Shown here: positions 52,783 to 64,000 of the stretch, piece by piece | Layout: each line of letters opens with the position of its first letter | Position numbering within the stretch: the first letter of the stretch is position 1 | Assembly (NCBI RefSeq): GCF_018350175.1 | Contig: NC_058368.1 | Coordinates: forward strand, 14,138,001-14,202,000 | DNA: 64,000 nucleotides | Source of the DNA: Felis catus | Lineage: Eukaryota | Reading direction: 5' to 3' | Made by a program: the position numbers and the translations under genes | The notes under the pieces: generated by a model | The model's input: only the letters and a program-made list of their open reading frames with translations | What the model was told of the DNA's origin: nothing | Databases searched by the model: none

Positions 52783-53010
52783 GGGGCGCCTGGGTGGCGC
52801 AGTCGGTTAAGCGTCCGACTTCAGGCAGGTCACGATCTCGCGGTCCGTGAGTTCGAGCCCCGCGTCGGGCTCTGGGCTGATGGCTCAGGGCCTGGAGCCT
52901 GTTTCCGATTCTGTGTCTCCCTCTCTCTCTGCCCCTCCCCCGTTCATGCTCTGTCTCTCTCTGTCCCAAAAAAAATAAATAAGCGTTGAAAAAAAAATTA
53001 AAAATAAAAC
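52783..53010 (+). mobile_element. Young felid CanSINE
   Basis: CpG-rich, TSD aaaacatttct. Confidence 0.97.
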
Positions 53011-53461
53011 AAAACATTTCTGAAGAAGTTACATATAGAGGATTAACTGTATTTGAAACTCATTCTTAAGGGATAAAAAATTGTAGCATTGACCTTGTGA
53101 ATGGAAAGATGGATAATTACGTTTTGTCAGTTTTTCACAGAGATCTGATTCATGAAAGAAATTGAATAAAGGAAAAGTCTCCAATTGTTTTTGTATTTGA
53201 ATGAATAATTTAAATTTTCCAACATCAGATTGTGAGGTACCAATCTAACACCAGTTATCTTATGCAGGAAGTCATCGTATACATAAGCTCGTATTCATAA
53301 GTTTTGTCTCTCACAAAATGGAATTGTAAGCAACTTTTACAGATTTTCATATTTAAGATTTTTTCTAATGAAATTTGCCCGTGACGCAAATTTTCATTTT
53401 AATGAATTCAGCATTTCTCTTTGTTTTCTAGATGTATCTTAAATCTGAAAGTACTCTGGAA

Positions 53462-53652
53462 CAAGAGTTTGCAAACTTTTTCTTTAGAGGTCTGGATTAT
53501 GGACCAACAAAAAATCTCTCTCATATATTCTTTGTGTTTTGTGTTACCTGTTTTCACAACCCTTTAACAGAAATGTAAAATCTGTTCTTAGCCTATTGGC
53601 CATACAAAAACAAGCTGCAGGCTGGATTTGACTGTAGTTTGCCAACCCCAGG
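53462..53652. mobile_element. MER58-family MITE
   Basis: gcaaactttttct...ggccatacaaaaaca...tagtttgccaacccc termini. Confidence 0.75.
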
Positions 53653-54141
53653 CTAGAGTAAGAGATGATGGCATCATCAAAAGAAAAATTAAATTTAGAT
53701 ACTATTGGTAACAATAGTTTTTATTTTCATTTAATTGGCTGTGTTTATTATACTATATGATTCTGGAGCTTGAAAGTCTCATGGTTTCAGAGGTTCCTTT
53801 ATGTACTAAGCACTCACAAGATTTTCCTTAATAAATAGTTATAAACCACTTTTTATTTATTTTATTCATCACATAGTATCTTGGATACCAGGATTTTTTT
53901 TTTTTGAAAAATTTGTTTAAAATAAACATAAGTTTCTTTTAGGTGAAAGCCAAGATTGTAGCATTGACAACCACAGTTCAGTGGAGTGTTACTTAAGATT
54001 ATATTGACTGCAGATTGCATTTCTCTTCCTGTTTTTGATTATTACTTTTGATAAGTTTGGTTAGCTGATACTCAGGTATCATTGTCCATTCTTTGCATAA
54101 TTCTATTTAAGCGACAGTGTGTATATTTAGTTCCTAGAGGG

Positions 54142-54320
54142 TTTTTTTTTATAATTTTTTAAACGTTTGTTTATTTTTGAGACACAGAGACAGAGCATGA
54201 GTTGGGGAGGAGCAGAGAGAGGGAGACACAGAATCTGAAGCAGGTCCGAACCCACAAACTGTGAGATCATGACCTGAGCCGAAGTAGGGTGCTCAACTGA
54301 CTGAGCCACCCAGATGCCTC
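54142..54320 (-). mobile_element. CanSINE with internal deletion
   Basis: TSD cctagag. Confidence 0.9.
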
Positions 54321-56579
54321 CCTAGAGTTGTTATTGATGTTATTGTAAGAAAATAGTCACTAGCACTTTAGGAAAATTTCACAAATGTATACCAGTAATG
54401 TTTTCTGTAACATTCCATGTTTTTGCAAATGATCCATTTTCATATGAGGGGGGAATACTTCACTTTTTGTGCTAGCTATCCCAAAATTTAGGAATTTATA
54501 ATCAACCAGTTTGATTCAAGCAAAGTATTTTATGTGCAATTTAAAATTTTTTTATCTTCCTAAATTATTCTTTGGAGGTATTTGTTGGTATATGAGGAGT
54601 GGATCACTTTAATTTTTACAAATATGATAGTTAAGTGGCATTTTATCAAGGGATCTTATTATATCAAATAGCTATTGAAAAATTTTAAATACCTGAGTTA
54701 TTTGGGTTGTCAGAATGTCAAGAGATCACAGTATAACATAACGTTAAGAAATTATCCTTCAGAAATGACATCTTCCAAAATGTTTTCACATGAATCAACA
54801 AGATGGAAAAGAGATTTGCATGATTGATCAGCTATATCACTTGACTTAACATTGACAGTCAGTGCCTTTACAATTGTGACAGCCAGAATGCCTTCATATA
54901 AAAATTATAATCTATTGTGAATATCAGAATATCTTTTGGTATCTGTTCCATAGTATACAGTATATGTTTAAGGATTTTACTTTAAATGCAGAAGATCCTT
55001 CCTTAACTTCTCTGTGCTTTCAAAAAAGGAGAAGTCAAATTAAAACCTGTGAAATAACAAGGTGTCTTTAGTCAAGATTGAAGCTTTTTTAGAAATGTTG
55101 GTTAAATATAAAGTCCTGCATAAAGTTTGTCTCCCTGTTGACAAATAGGGAGAAAAGGGCAGTGGCATAATGGTTTGAAAGAAAAAGGTCTAAGATATTT
55201 AGTGTGATTTCCTCTTTTTTGTCATGATAGAATAACAGTTGTAGAGTGGATTGCCCTCCAAATGTAACCACTAGAAAATTGGACAAAATCTATAAACCAA
55301 CAGTTTTTTAGATCTTGGACAGGAGGCCAATGCGAACTATAATCCCTGAGAAAAATGGAAATAATTTCATTGGATTCAATGATCTCCCTGACATTTTGCC
55401 TGGAGGCACATTCTAGAGTGTTGTAAAAGAAAGGGAATCTGAAGTAAAAGCAATCTTGCTGATCTGAAGAGATGATGATTGAAGGACAGGAAGTTGTGCA
55501 GCAGAGTTTCCTAGAGGAGGTTAGCTCTGCAGTAAAATAGTTCCAGAACCTTGTGTATGGGCCCCTTGAATCTTTGCTGAATACCAAACAGCACATATAT
55601 AGAAAGCAATTCCACGAAACCTGGCAAAATATGACCAAGGGGCTTCGAAGTGAATAATTTCCTTAACTCACAGAAGAGAGAGCACTGTTCTAGCTCCGCC
55701 CAGCCGGAGTGGTGAGTCCTCACAGATTATTGGGGGCAGTGAGGAGAGAGTTCAGAAGCGTTAGAAGTAGAGTTAAATTATTTTTACAACACAAGATACT
55801 CTAGTGTAGATCCACTCCTAAAAAACCCAAACTTAAAAGAGAGCCTCTATAGAATCAAATTGATCCGCCAGTAATTTAACTGTTGAAACAAAGCCTAACC
55901 CACTTTAAAGGAACAGAACAAACTATAACCAGTGAACAATGCAATAATTGCAATTCCCAGCATCTGAATAAGATTACTAGACATAAAATGAAGCAGTGAA
56001 GTATAGCACAAGACCAGAAGGAATATCATTTGATAAAAATGACAGAGATGATGAGTTTAAAAGACAAGAATTACCAGCTTTCATAAAGATGTATAGGTAT
56101 TTAAAGGAAAACAAGAATACAGAGTGGAGAGAAATGAACAATATAAAACAATGGAGCCCTGAGAAATTAAAAAGCCAAGTGAAAAATTCATTTAATTGAT
56201 TTACAGCTTATTGTACACTAAGACTATAATAGTGAATTGCAAGATATAGAATAGTATCTTCCCAAACTGAAGCAAAAACAAAAAACAAGTAAACAAACAA
56301 AAGAGACTAAATAAATAAAAAGGGAACAGAGCCACTGGAGCCTATGAGATAAATCAATTAGTTAAATATAGTTGGAATTGGGGTCTAAGAAGAAGGGTGT
56401 TAAAACTGTATATATTTTTGAAGAAATAAGAGTCAAATAATTTGAAAACTGTAAATCCTGAAATTCCAGGAATTTAGCTAATTCCAAGCAGAAGCAACAC
56501 AAAGAAAAATATATGATGCAACATCATAATTAAAGTATTCAAAACTATCATTCAGAAGAAAATTTTAAAAAGTCATCAA

Positions 56580-57241
56580 TGGAGAAATGGGAACCCTCTT
56601 GCACTGTTGGTGGGAACGCAAATTGGTGCAGCCACTCTGGAAAACAGTGTGGAAGTTCCTCAGAAAATTAAAAATAGACCTACCCTATGACCCAGCAATA
56701 GCACTGCTAGGAATTTACCCAAGGGATACAGGAGTACTGATGCATAGGGGCACTTGTACCCCAATGTTTATAGCAGCACTCTCAACAATAGCCAAATTGT
56801 GGAAAAAGCCTAAATGTCCATCAACTGATGAATGGATAAAGAAATTGTGGTTTCTATACACAATGGAGTACTACGTGGCAATGAGAAAGAATGAAGTATG
56901 GCCCTTTGTAGCAACGTGGATGGAACTGGAGAGTGTGATGCTAAGTGAAATAAGCCATACAGAGAAAGACAGATACCCTATTTGTTCACTCTTACGTGGG
57001 TCCTGGGAAACTTAACAGAAACCCATGGGGGAGGGGAAGGAAACAAAAAAAAAAAGGTTAGAGTGGGAGAGAGCCAAAGCATAAGAGACTCTTAAAAACG
57101 GAGAACAAACTGAGGGTTGATGGGGGGTGGGAGGGAGGGGAGGGTGAGTGAAGGGTATTGAGGAGGGCACCTTTGGGGATGAGCACTGGGTGTTGTATGG
57201 AAACCAATTTGACAATAAATTTCATATATTGAAAAAAAAAA
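56580..57241 (+). mobile_element. Young felid L1 3' end (5'-truncated, ~660 bp)
   Basis: ORF 56587-57015 is the L1 ORF2 C-terminus. AATAAA plus poly-A. TSD core agtcatcaa at 56571-56579 and 57243-57251. Confidence 0.97.
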
Positions 57242-59064
57242 CAGTCATCAACACTAAGTAAACCAACATCTGATTGAAAAGTCACTTGAACAGACACGTC
57301 ACCAGTAGCAATATTAGGATGTCAAATAAGCACATAAAAAGATGGTCAATATCATTAGTAGGTAAATGCACATTAAAACCACAGTGAGTCAGCACTACAT
57401 ACATATGAAGAGTGCTTAAAATAAAAAAATAATGGTAATACCAAGTGCTGAGGAGAATTTGTAGCAACTGTTGCTCTCATGGCTTTGAGAATACAAAATG
57501 GTGGCCACTGAGGAAAATGGTTTGGAAGGTCTCTTACTAAATTTAACATTTACTTATCATATGAGCCATTAATCCCATTTCTTGATATTTTCCTTAGGTA
57601 AATTAAAACCTATTTTCACACAAAAACCTGTACACAGATATAGCAGCTTTATTTAGACAAAAGCTGAAAAACTCAAATGTCCTTCCGTGGGTAAAAATAA
57701 ACCACAGTGCATAAAGCAATGGAATATGACCGAGCAGAAAAAAAGGAGCAAACTATTGATAAACCTTACTACTTGGACGAGTTCCAGAGACATTATTGTG
57801 TAAGACAACTTCATCTCAAAGGGTTGTGTATTTTATGTTCCCATTGTTTTTTGGACAGTCTCAAAAAGACAAAACTGTAGTGATGGAAAACAGACCAGCA
57901 CTGGCCAGGGATGATGGGTAGGAAGAGAATGTAGCTCCAAAGGAATAGTGCAAGGGAATTCTTGGGGGTGATGAAACCATTCTGTGTTCCTATTGTGGTG
58001 GCCATACATAAATTAATACATGTGTTAAATCTTATAGAAATTTACACACAGAGTGAAAAAAGCCAATTTTACTGTGTGGCAATTTAAAATTTAAATTAAA
58101 AATTTAAAGAGTTCCGAGAGGAAAAACACATTTCTTACAAAAATAAAAATTATTAGCGACACTTAGTCAGAAATTATGCAAACCAGAAGAGATAGTGGAA
58201 CATCATTAAACTGCTGATAGAAAAGACTTCCAATCTGGAATTCCCTATCCAATGAAAATATTCTTCAAAACTGAAGAGGAAAGAAAGACTTTTTCAGACA
58301 ACCCAAGATAAGATTCATTGCCAGCACATCTGTGCTGTGAGAATTGTCAAAAGAAATTTTTCAAGGAGAGTTAAAGATACCAGATGGAAACTTAGACACA
58401 CACAAAGGAGAATGCAGGAAATATGTGGATAGATAAAAAATTTCTTCTCATTTTTAATTGGTGCAGAAAAGGCATTTGTTAAAATTCAACACCCATTTAT
58501 GCTAAAAATCTCTAAGAAAATTAGATCCCAGAGGGAACAAACTTAGCCTAAAATTGGTATCTATAAAAGAACAACTGATGTTATACATAATACTCAGAAA
58601 CCAAATGAGATTGTGAAGCAGTGAAAGATTTTGCCTTTCTCACTCATTTTAACCACTTTAACATTTTACTGAAGTATGTAAATACTACAGTAAGGCAAGA
58701 AATTAAAACACATAGAGATTGGAGGAAGTAAAAGTATTTTTAATTGCAGGTGAAATGATTGTGTATATAAAAAATCCTACAGACCTCATACATTGCTGAT
58801 TGAGAACATAAAATGGTTCAAGTTTGGAAAACAGTTTGGCAGTGTTTTAGAGTTAAACATTCAATTAAAATTTGACCCAGCAATTCCACTTACAGTTATT
58901 ATTCAAGAGTGATGCAAACATATGTCAACATACGTAAAATTTCATGGCAGCATTCATAACAACCACAAACTGGAAACAACTGTATTCATCAAAAAGTAAT
59001 TAAACAAATGCTTGTTTGTCCATATGATAGATTACTACTCAAGAATAATAAAAAAGTATATATT

Positions 59065-59280
59065 GGGACTCCTGGGTGGCCCAGTCGGTTAAGCATCTGA
59101 CTTCAGCTCAGGTCATGATCTCCTGGTTTGTGGGTTCGAACCCTGCGTCAGGCTTCTTGCTGGCAGCTCAGAACCTGGACCCTGCTTCAGATTCTGTGTC
59201 TCCTCCTCTTTCTGCCCCTCCCATGCTCATGCTCTGTCTCTGTCTCTCAATAAATAAGCATTAAAAAAATTTAAAAAGAA
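59065..59280 (+). mobile_element. CanSINE
   Basis: Full SINE body. Confidence 0.92.
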
Positions 59281-60925
59281 TTAAATTAACTACTGATACT
59301 TATAGAAAAATCCATGAATTTCAGAAATATCGTGCAAGAGCAGCCTGGCTCTAATGAGTTCATATTGAATGATTTCAGTTTTATGACATACTGGAAAAGA
59401 ACACTTCTTTTTTTATACTGTAGAAGGCAGGAAAGTGGTTGCCTGAGGTTAAGGGTGTAGAGAGGACTGAGAATAGGCACAAAGGAATTTGAAGGGGAGT
59501 AGATTATACTGGTAACCACATGGACATATAAATTTATCCTAACTCAAAGAAGTATACATTCAGAATGGTTATATTGTATTTTATGTAAACGATCCTTCAG
59601 TAAAGTTGAATTAAACTTAGTTATTGACTATGGGGGATGCATATTTATTCTTAATACATGGATGTGGTAAATACTCTATAGACGTGAAGAGAAAGTCTGA
59701 AATCAGAGTCATTGATTTCATAAATCACCTTTGGTTACCTCAGAGACATTTCAGAAGAGTTGTGGGAACAGATACAAGCATTGTAGAATGCCAGAGTGTT
59801 TGGCAAAGAAACTAAATGTAGACCAGTCATGGGAAAAGTCTGATGATGAGAAAAAAGAGTAAAGTTTAGTAGAGGTTCATGTGACTACTGAGGATTTTAT
59901 TCATGGTGGAGAAACCTGTACCTGTAAGGAGAGAGAAAGGAAAAAAAATCCTTTTGGAGATGGAAAAATGAAGATGCTTGATAGGGATAAGAGACATTAA
60001 TGCAGAAAGGACATCAAGAGGGGCTCAGGCCAAATAGAGAAGTGTGCTCTGGGAGGGAAGGGTCACCTCGAAACTTAAAGGATAACTTATAGGATAGGAA
60101 TAGACATAGGTTGAGGGAAACGTACCTGGAATTTTTTGCATCTGATTGTTTAGTTAACTTACCTTTAAAGTTGTGCTAATATAGTTTTAGTTGATGCTGT
60201 GTTCAAAGGAATAGTTCCTTTTGAATTGGACCTAATAGAGGAGCGTCGTGTTTTAATTTCTTTTGTCCTTACAAATAGGTAGAAATTAAATTGTCCAAAA
60301 AATAACACTAATATTTACTAAATGTAGATGTTAACAAAGGTTTTTCATCATAGATAACTTCTCACATGAAAATAATACCCTCTAAAAGTAGAAATCATAT
60401 TCTTATAAATAAAACATCTCAAACTGCACCATGTAGTGTTTCAATGTGGAAATCTTTTTTTTAGCCAAAAAAGATATTAACACAAAAAAAGACACGATTT
60501 GTTAAGAATGATTTTTGCTAAAGCCTTCAAACAAATATTAGTTTTTCATTCACTAAAATTGTTTCACTCTTTATATACTCATTGACTAGCTGAGCTAGAA
60601 CTATATTCCAACACTCTAGTATAAAAGTAAGTATTGATGAGGAGTCAGATAAGCTGTATTTACTAAAGAGGTTACCCAAGAAATATAGTCAGAGGTAACG
60701 CATCATCTCCTACTCTCCCAGGAGAGAAATTCAGCGTAAGGTATACAGGAATGCATCTTCTTCACAGAGACAGGAAATATGACTAACAACATACAAATCC
60801 CTAGTAGACCAAGAGCAGTGATCTAAAAGTCATAGATGGCATAGCTGAACTGTTAAAGGAATAACTGAATACAAAGAATTTGCCATCAGTGGCAGACAGA
60901 TTTATCCCTTAAGAAATGGATCATT

Positions 60926-61102
60926 GGAGCACCTGGGTGGCTCAGTCGGTTAAGTGTCTGACTCTTGGGTTTTGGCTCAGGTCATGATCTCACAGTTCAT
61001 GGGTTTGAGCCCCACATCAGGCTCTGAGCTGATGGTGCGGAGCCTGTTTGGGATTCTCTCTCCTTCTGTCTCTCTCTCTCAAAAATAAATAAACTTAAAA
61101 AA
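60926..61102 (+). mobile_element. CanSINE
   Basis: TSD aagaaatggat.at. Confidence 0.92.
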
Positions 61103-61894
61103 AAGAAATGGATTATCTACTTTGATAAAGTGATTGGAAAATATTTTTACTTTACAAAATAATAGAATATAGTACTTGTATCATATATGACATGATTAAC
61201 TTAATTTAGAAAGGGAAAGAGTTTCTCTTCTGTTCTAGTATTCACATAATTTTTCATGCAAATTAGGACAATTGCAAAAGAGAAAGGGTCCACATTTAAA
61301 ATTACACCCAGGCAACTGTTATGAGCTTTAAAAACCAGGATATATGGATGCTCAAAATACAGTTAATGCTATGAAGACAAGGTCTATATACTCAGTGAAA
61401 CAAAAGACATTGAATAACAAGTCCTTTTTTGGAGGGTACCAATGGAATTTATATTGAGACAAAGTGTTTTTTACAATGTGAAAAAATTGCCTGCATACTG
61501 ATTTAGATACAATATTTACATGTATAATAAACTACATGAGATCTTCCAGAAACTAGTCTTGAAATCAGTATAGGCTTTTATTATTTTACCCTCTGAGATA
61601 TTATGCACTTTAGATAAATATGTAAACAATCGGGGAAGAAAAACAATGGAAAATTTAAAAGAGGAAACATATTGCTGAGCAGTTCTATCATAGTGGTTAT
61701 ATTTTCTACTATTTCAAAACTATTTTTATAGTTTTATTATGGACATAATGTCATTCTAAAATAAGAATAGTTTATAGTATTAATCCTTAGTTTATTTAGT
61801 ACCCGATGGCTGCCTCTGTCCACATTGCTGTAGGAAAAATCCAGATTTTTTAATTGAATTCTGATTATTTTAGAGTATAAAATGTTACAAACTT

Positions 61895-62105
61895 GGGCAG
61901 CTGGGTGGCTCAGTTGGCTAAGCGTCCGACTATTGGTTTTGGCTCAGGTCATGATCTCATGGTTTTCTGAGTTCAAATCTCGCACTGGGCTCTGTGCTCG
62001 CAGCACAGAGCCTGCTTGGGATTCTGTGTCTCCCTTTCTCTCTGTCCCTTCCCCATTCATACTATCACTGTATCTCTCAAAATAAGTACATAAACTTTAA
62101 AAAAA
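61895..62105 (+). mobile_element. CanSINE
   Basis: TSD-like gttacaaa. Confidence 0.9.
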
Positions 62106-62236
62106 AGTTACAAATTTTAATTTTATAGTACTAATTTACATATTTTGAAAGTTGAGAATATTGTATACTTTTCCCTTCTGTTTTAATAGATTCATGCAAA
62201 GCATGCACTCTCATCAAAGTGAAAGCACAGCATGTC

Positions 62237-62270
62237 TGGCCCCAGGTGGCCCCAGGTGGCCCCAGGTGGC
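62237..62270. repeat. 10-bp tandem repeat (tggccccagg) x3.4
   Basis: Directly visible. Confidence 0.95.
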
Positions 62271-63245
62271 AGGAGTGGACAAGGATGTTGGGAGATAACT
62301 ATATGCAAAATTTCAGTTATGTTAAATTCCTACATAAGAACAACTGACTATTATTGTAAATAATGGTTCAACAGCATCTGATAATAGTGGTAAAAGGGCA
62401 GGGACAATGTATTTGCCACATATAAATATCCTCGTGTGCCAGTTGGTAGAGTGATTGATCCAAAACAGAAGCCAATTTATGGATTTTTTTTTATGTAATC
62501 CTTTAATTTCAGTTGATTATAGAAGCAACACGTATTAAGCTTTACATGCACTTCAGTGATTCTTTGTATATATATGTAGCAGATAAATTAGAACTGTCCC
62601 TTGGTGTTTATATGTTTGCATACTACAGCTCCAGAATTTAATGAAATCAATGTACTTCTAGTCATTGAAGAATATGAGGGATTCTGAAGTCTTTCCGGAA
62701 TTGAATTCTTGTTTAATGAGCATGAAACACTTCCATTTACTTGTACTTGCCTGGCTAACTCCTTTAGATCCTGTGCCATAGACTTCATCTAAGAAGACTA
62801 CCTGATACTCTAGACTAAGTTAGGTTCCTTTGTTAGAACCTTTGGTAACACAGTATACTTTTTCTTCAGAGCATGTATCAACATTATAGTAAGTCACCTA
62901 CCTATGTGTAAAACTTGGTAATGTTTTTATCACCTACCAGACCAGACTCCACAAGGTCTCCGGGACCTGCCAGAGTACCCCCCAAAATACTTGTGGATAG
63001 ATAAGTGGATGATAGAACAAATGAGATTGTGTTCTATCATCAAATAGATTTCAATAATTGGTCTTAATAATACAAGAGAAGGGTATAATTTCACTTCATA
63101 CAAGCAAAAGGCAAAAATTTCTGGACTACCTTATTACAACATTGAGGAGTTTATGAGTGATGGTGATAGTAACCAATTTTTAATAGTGCACATGAAATAA
63201 TATATTTCAGTATCACACTTGAAGTTTTACTTGTATTCTAAAAAG

Positions 63246-63395
63246 CTGATATTTATCTTGATATTGCTCAACTATATTCCTAAACTATATTCCTAAAGTT
63301 GATATTCCCAACTATATTCCTGATATTTATCTTGATATTGCTCAACTATATTCCTAAACTATATTCCTAAAGTTGATATTCCCAACTATATTCCT
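63246..63395. repeat. Perfect 74-bp tandem duplication with internal sub-repeats
   Basis: Unit starts at 63246 and 63320. aactatattcct occurs three times per unit. Confidence 0.95.
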
Positions 63396-64000
63396 AAAAC
63401 AAAAGTTAGTAAAATAATAGTACAATACACACAAAAATACACCATGGATGACATTTGGTCAGGTTTAAACCTGATGGAGAAACCAGGGCCAGAAAAGCAC
63501 ATATTTGTTCATGACTACTGTTGAAATTTGTGGAAAGTCAATGGCATTGACTTTGCCAAATACACATATTCTACAGTAACAAACAAACAAACAAACAGCT
63601 AGGTCCTAGTCATCCTTGGAAGAATTCTGAACAGGGAGGGACTAAATTAAAATATGACTAAGAAACAATCTATTGAATTCCCGAAGGCCGAAAGAACAAA
63701 AAGATTTTATTGAAAAAAAAGCAATGCTTAAATTAAGGTCCAATGTGAACGAGGAAATATTTAAGACAGCACAATTGAAAGACGTTTCAACTCAGATAAA
63801 GAATATTAAAGTAGAAAGAAACCCTGGTTTCCCTTTCTCTACTTGCCTATTTTATCCTTATGAATTTGGCATGTACTTAACGAATACAGTGCAACATAAC
63901 TGGCCATTTTGTGGCCAAAACTAATCCCTTCAAAAACAATTCCCAACCCTTACTGGGCCCATCATAAAACAGAAACACTTAAGGGCTGCAAGTCAAAGCC

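Larger units (their letters stand above)
55220..59595 (+). mobile_element. Ancient L1M (5' end/ORF1 to 3' end, heavily deleted) with nested younger L1s and a SINE
   Basis: actagaaaattggacaaaat 5' signature. ORF1-like sequence at 55950-56570 resumes at ~58100. 3' end at ~59590. Confidence 0.65.

Noticed and set aside
63246..63395. CRISPR-like repeat/spacer appearance
   Set aside because: The 'spacers' are themselves duplicated, the context is a mammalian intron and there are no cas genes. It is a simple tandem duplication.

Overview
Eukaryotic (mammalian, felid) genomic DNA, not prokaryotic. The window lies entirely inside the neurobeachin gene (NBEA, + strand). It holds four internal coding exons (1175-1613, 12991-13145, 15386-15512, 36530-36657) that splice in frame through canonical GT-AG junctions to give ...ETPATFPD...FHSFDR|SVVVPVKK...MINTT|GAVDSGSSSSSSSSSF...[16 protein letters not shown]...ELLIEG. 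The rest is AT-rich intron packed with cat-type CanSINEs (about 25, six of them young and CpG-rich), young and ancient L1 fragments, L2, CR1/L3, MIR, MLT LTRs and MER5/MER58 DNA elements. Almost all other ORFs in the track are repeat-derived or chance. I see no evidence for a new multi-gene system. The best second-look items are a ~92-bp-arm hairpin made by local inverted duplication of an L2 fragment (38121-38327), a non-repetitive enhancer-like island (~3780-4330), and three independent carnivore L1 3' ends truncated at nearly the same point, two of them ~95% identical and inverted. Repeat subfamily names come from recognising consensus features by eye, and old-repeat boundaries are approximate.
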